35,711 bases of DNA, taken from contig JBBAVO010000002.1 of assembly GCA_040397635.1 (NCBI GenBank), positions 1-35,711 on the forward strand, written 5' to 3'. The position numbers and the translations under genes are program-made. The notes below the pieces were generated by a model. That model was not told where the DNA came from. It saw only the letters and a list, made by a program, of their open reading frames with translations, and searched no databases. The DNA comes from Pirellulales bacterium (lineage in GTDB: Bacteria; Planctomycetota; Planctomycetia; Pirellulales; UBA1268). Positions 33,768 through 35,711 of the stretch are shown here, piece by piece (position 1 is the stretch's first letter; every line of letters starts with the position of its first letter).

Positions 33768-34448
33768 ATGGATCACCTCACTCGCTTCGCTGCCGAACTC
33801 TTCGGCACGTTCACGCTCTGCACCATCGCCATGCTGGCGATGGCAGGCGTGGCCCAGGGCGACGCGGGCCGCATCATGGCGGCGACGGCCTACGGGCTTG
33901 GCGTCGTCGCGGGAATGCACGCCTGCGGGACTCTCGGCCCGGTCCATCTCAATCCGGCCGTCACGCTGGCGATCTTCGCCACGGGCCGCGGTAGCATCGT
34001 GAGGGTGCTGGCCTGCGTTGCTGGGCAACTCGTCGGCGGGTGCCTGGCCGGCCTGCTCGTGATGTGGCTGCTGGCGGGCGAGGGCACCGCAATGGGGATG
34101 CCGGTGGGCAGCTTCACGAAGACTGATGCGGTGAAGACGGTGGTCGTCGAGGCGTTGCTCGCGATGGTCTGGTCGGCCGTGTTTATCGGCTGCGTGTTTG
34201 GTGGCAGGCTCGGGCCTGCGGCACCGCTGCCGGTCGGTCTGGCCGTCGTGGCCGCTGCTCTGGCGGGCCTGCCGTTCACCGGTGCCGCGATGAATCCCGC
34301 GCGGGCCCTTGCCTCGGCGTTGGCGATGCTCGACTTCTCCACGCTCTGGATGTATGCAGCCGGGCCACTTGCCGGGGCTGCAGTGGCTGGCCTCGTGGCC
34401 CGCCTGTTTCTGGTCGATGGCGGCGACGCGGCTGCGCGGCGCGGCTGA
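33768..34448 (+). CDS. Aquaporin/MIP-family channel
   Basis: Two NPA boxes (HLNPAVTLAIF and AAMNPARALASA) sit in a six-helix hydrophobic protein of about 226 aa. ATG at 33768 (MDHLTRFAAELFGTF) is preferred over the track start at 33642. Confidence 0.9.
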   Translation: MDHLTRFAAELFGTFTLCTIAMLAMAGVAQGDAGRIMAATAYGLGVVAGMHACGTLGPVHLNPAVTLAIFATGRGSIVRVLACVAGQLVGGCLAGLLVMWLLAGEGTAMGMPVGSFTKTDAVKTVVVEALLAMVWSAVFIGCVFGGRLGPAAPLPVGLAVVAAALAGLPFTGAAMNPARALASALAMLDFSTLWMYAAGPLAGAAVAGLVARLFLVDGGDAAARRG

Positions 34449-34479
34449 GACTGCCGTGACTGCAGTTGCAAGGGGCTTC

Positions 34480-35658
34480 ATGCAAGTCTGCAATGTCTGC
34501 CTGACGCACGATCCCGCCTTTGGCGGCCTCTACCGATCGGTACAGGATTTTTCGCGGGCGCTCTCGGCGCAGGTGCTTTCCTTCGACGAGGAAAACGGCG
34601 AACGCGTGAGCGTTGAAGACGGCGTGCCGGTCCGCCGCCTCGGCTGTGGCACGGGCTGGCTTGCCCGCAACTGCCATGTGATGTCATCGGCGACCGCCCG
34701 CCAGGCTGACGCGGCTGCCGCAGATGCCGACCTGCTCGTCGTCCACTCGCTGTTTCGCGGTCATACGACGTGGGCTCAAGCGTGGGCCAAGCAACATGGC
34801 CGGCGGTATTGGGCGGTGCCGCATGGCTGCCTCGATCCCTGGGGGCTTTCCCAGCGCGGTCTGCTCAAGCGGCTCTGGCTCGAGGCCCGCGGCCGGTCGT
34901 TTCTCGCCCATGCCGATCGGATCGTGGTCTCGTCGCGGCGGAGTCTGGAGAAGTCGCTGGCGTGGATTCCGGACGGGCGATCGGCTGATCGGGCCGTCGT
35001 CGTGCACTGGCCGGTCGATCTGCCGCGGCTGGATGAGCGGGCGGCGGCGCGGGCCGCGTTTCGCCAGCAGCACGGCATTCCGGAGGAGGCAAGGCTCTTG
35101 CTTTTTGTGGGCCGGCTCCACGCCGTCAAGCGGCCTCTCGAGACGGTGCGGGCGTTTTGCGAAGCCACCGCGGCGGCCTCACTGAAACACTGTCACCTGG
35201 CGATCCTGGGGATGGATGGCGATCTGACGCAGGCAGATATGCACGCCGCGATTCCGCCCGCCTGCCGGGGCCGCGTGCATGTGATCGGGCCGCTGGCTGG
35301 GGCCGATCTCGCTGCGGCCCTCCTCGCCGGCGACGGCTTCATATCGCTGTCATTTCAGGAAAACTTTGGCTACGCGGCGGCGGAGGCGATGGCGTATGGC
35401 CTGCCGGTGATTCTCTCACCGGGGCATGATCTGGCCCATGAGATGCCGGCTCTCGGTGGCCGGTTCGCGTGTGGCTGGCTGCTTGGCGACGAGGCGGATG
35501 CAACCGCGGTGGCGGCGATCCGCGAGTTCGTAACGGCGTCGGACGCAGCGCTCGCCGCAGCCGGAGCGACGGGCCGGTCGTGGGTGGCAGAGACGTTGAC
35601 GTTTGAGCGGTTTCGCGAGAGGCTCACAGGGCTCCTCAGGGCGGATTCCACAAGTTAA
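34480..35658 (+). CDS. GT4 (GT1-superfamily) glycosyltransferase
   Basis: LLLFVGRLHAVKRP and FISLSFQENFGYAAAEAMAYGLPVILSPGHD match the GT1 C-terminal domain. ATG at 34480 (MQVCNVC) is preferred; the track start at 34309 overlaps the aquaporin gene. Confidence 0.85.
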   Translation: MQVCNVCLTHDPAFGGLYRSVQDFSRALSAQVLSFDEENGERVSVEDGVPVRRLGCGTGWLARNCHVMSSATARQADAAAADADLLVVHSLFRGHTTWAQAWAKQHGRRYWAVPHGCLDPWGLSQRGLLKRLWLEARGRSFLAHADRIVVSSRRSLEKSLAWIPDGRSADRAVVVHWPVDLPRLDERAAARAAFRQQHGIPEEARLLLFVGRLHAVKRPLETVRAFCEATAAASLKHCHLAILGMDGDLTQADMHAAIPPACRGRVHVIGPLAGADLAAALLAGDGFISLSFQENFGYAAAEAMAYGLPVILSPGHDLAHEMPALGGRFACGWLLGDEADATAVAAIREFVTASDAALAAAGATGRSWVAETLTFERFRERLTGLLRADSTS

Positions 35659-35703
35659 AAACTCGTGGCCACGGTTCAGAAGTGGCGGCAAGTTTTTAAC
35701 TTG
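35651..35703 (+). terminator. 13-bp perfect inverted repeat spanning the stop codon of the last GT4 gene; possible terminator or protein-binding palindrome
   Basis: CAAGTTAAAAACT (35651-35663) is the exact reverse complement of AGTTTTTAACTTG (35691-35703). The 27-nt loop contains the 10-nt palindrome CGTGGCCACG (35664-35673). There is no downstream T-run, so it is not a canonical intrinsic terminator. Confidence 0.35.
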
Positions 35704-35711
35704 TCCGTGTC

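Noticed and set aside
1-35711. Scan for tRNA/rRNA genes, CRISPR repeats, IS elements/transposases, integrases, toxin-antitoxin or defence-system genes
   Set aside because: By eye I found no periodic direct repeats, no T-loop-like GTTCGAATC contexts outside coding sequence, and no ORF with transposase, integrase, nuclease or defence motifs. Absence is by inspection only and should be confirmed with tRNAscan, ISfinder or DefenseFinder-type tools.

Overview
High-GC (about 65% by hand count) bacterial DNA occupied almost entirely by one very large cell-surface glycan (O-antigen/EPS/capsule-type) biosynthesis locus. Nt 1-27095 is a single co-directional plus-strand array of about 26 genes, many joined by ATGA/GTGA start-stop overlaps. 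In order it holds an acyl-activation/N-acylation module and an orphan GT1 fragment. Next come a Wzm/Wzt ABC exporter, with an extended Wzt C-terminal domain, coupled to an FkbM methyltransferase. After that come a GT11 (fucosyltransferase-family) enzyme, two GT2 and five GT4 enzymes, a Wzy_C/O-antigen-ligase-like membrane protein and a hexapeptide acetyltransferase. These are followed by a clear GDP-mannose 3,5-epimerase homologue, an AT3-SGNH O-acyltransferase, an uncharacterised protein and a GMA12/MNN10-like GT-A enzyme. The array ends with an Arn-like cassette (GT-C membrane transferase, formyltransferase, CE4 deacetylase, SDR) and a NodZ/GT23-like enzyme. A roughly 0.9 kb spacer without a credible ORF and a lower-GC FkbM gene follow. 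The right arm is strand-mosaic: GT4 (-), secreted alpha/beta-hydrolase (+), GT4 (-), a paralogue of the uncharacterised protein (+), an aquaporin (+) and a GT4 (+). I found no tRNA/rRNA, CRISPR array, transposase or integrase. The best leads are four. (1) An L-galactose/L-gulose route (GME) sits with two fucosyltransferase-family GTs and no GDP-fucose genes. (2) Two paralogous uncharacterised proteins may be distant GT-D (DUF1792-like) glycosyltransferases. (3) The GT-C/formyltransferase/deacetylase/SDR cassette resembles the Arn lipid-carrier aminosugar logic. (4) There are signs of modular accretion: a GT1 remnant, a low-GC island and strand switching. All functional calls rest on motif recognition by eye; no database search was possible, and start codons are often uncertain.
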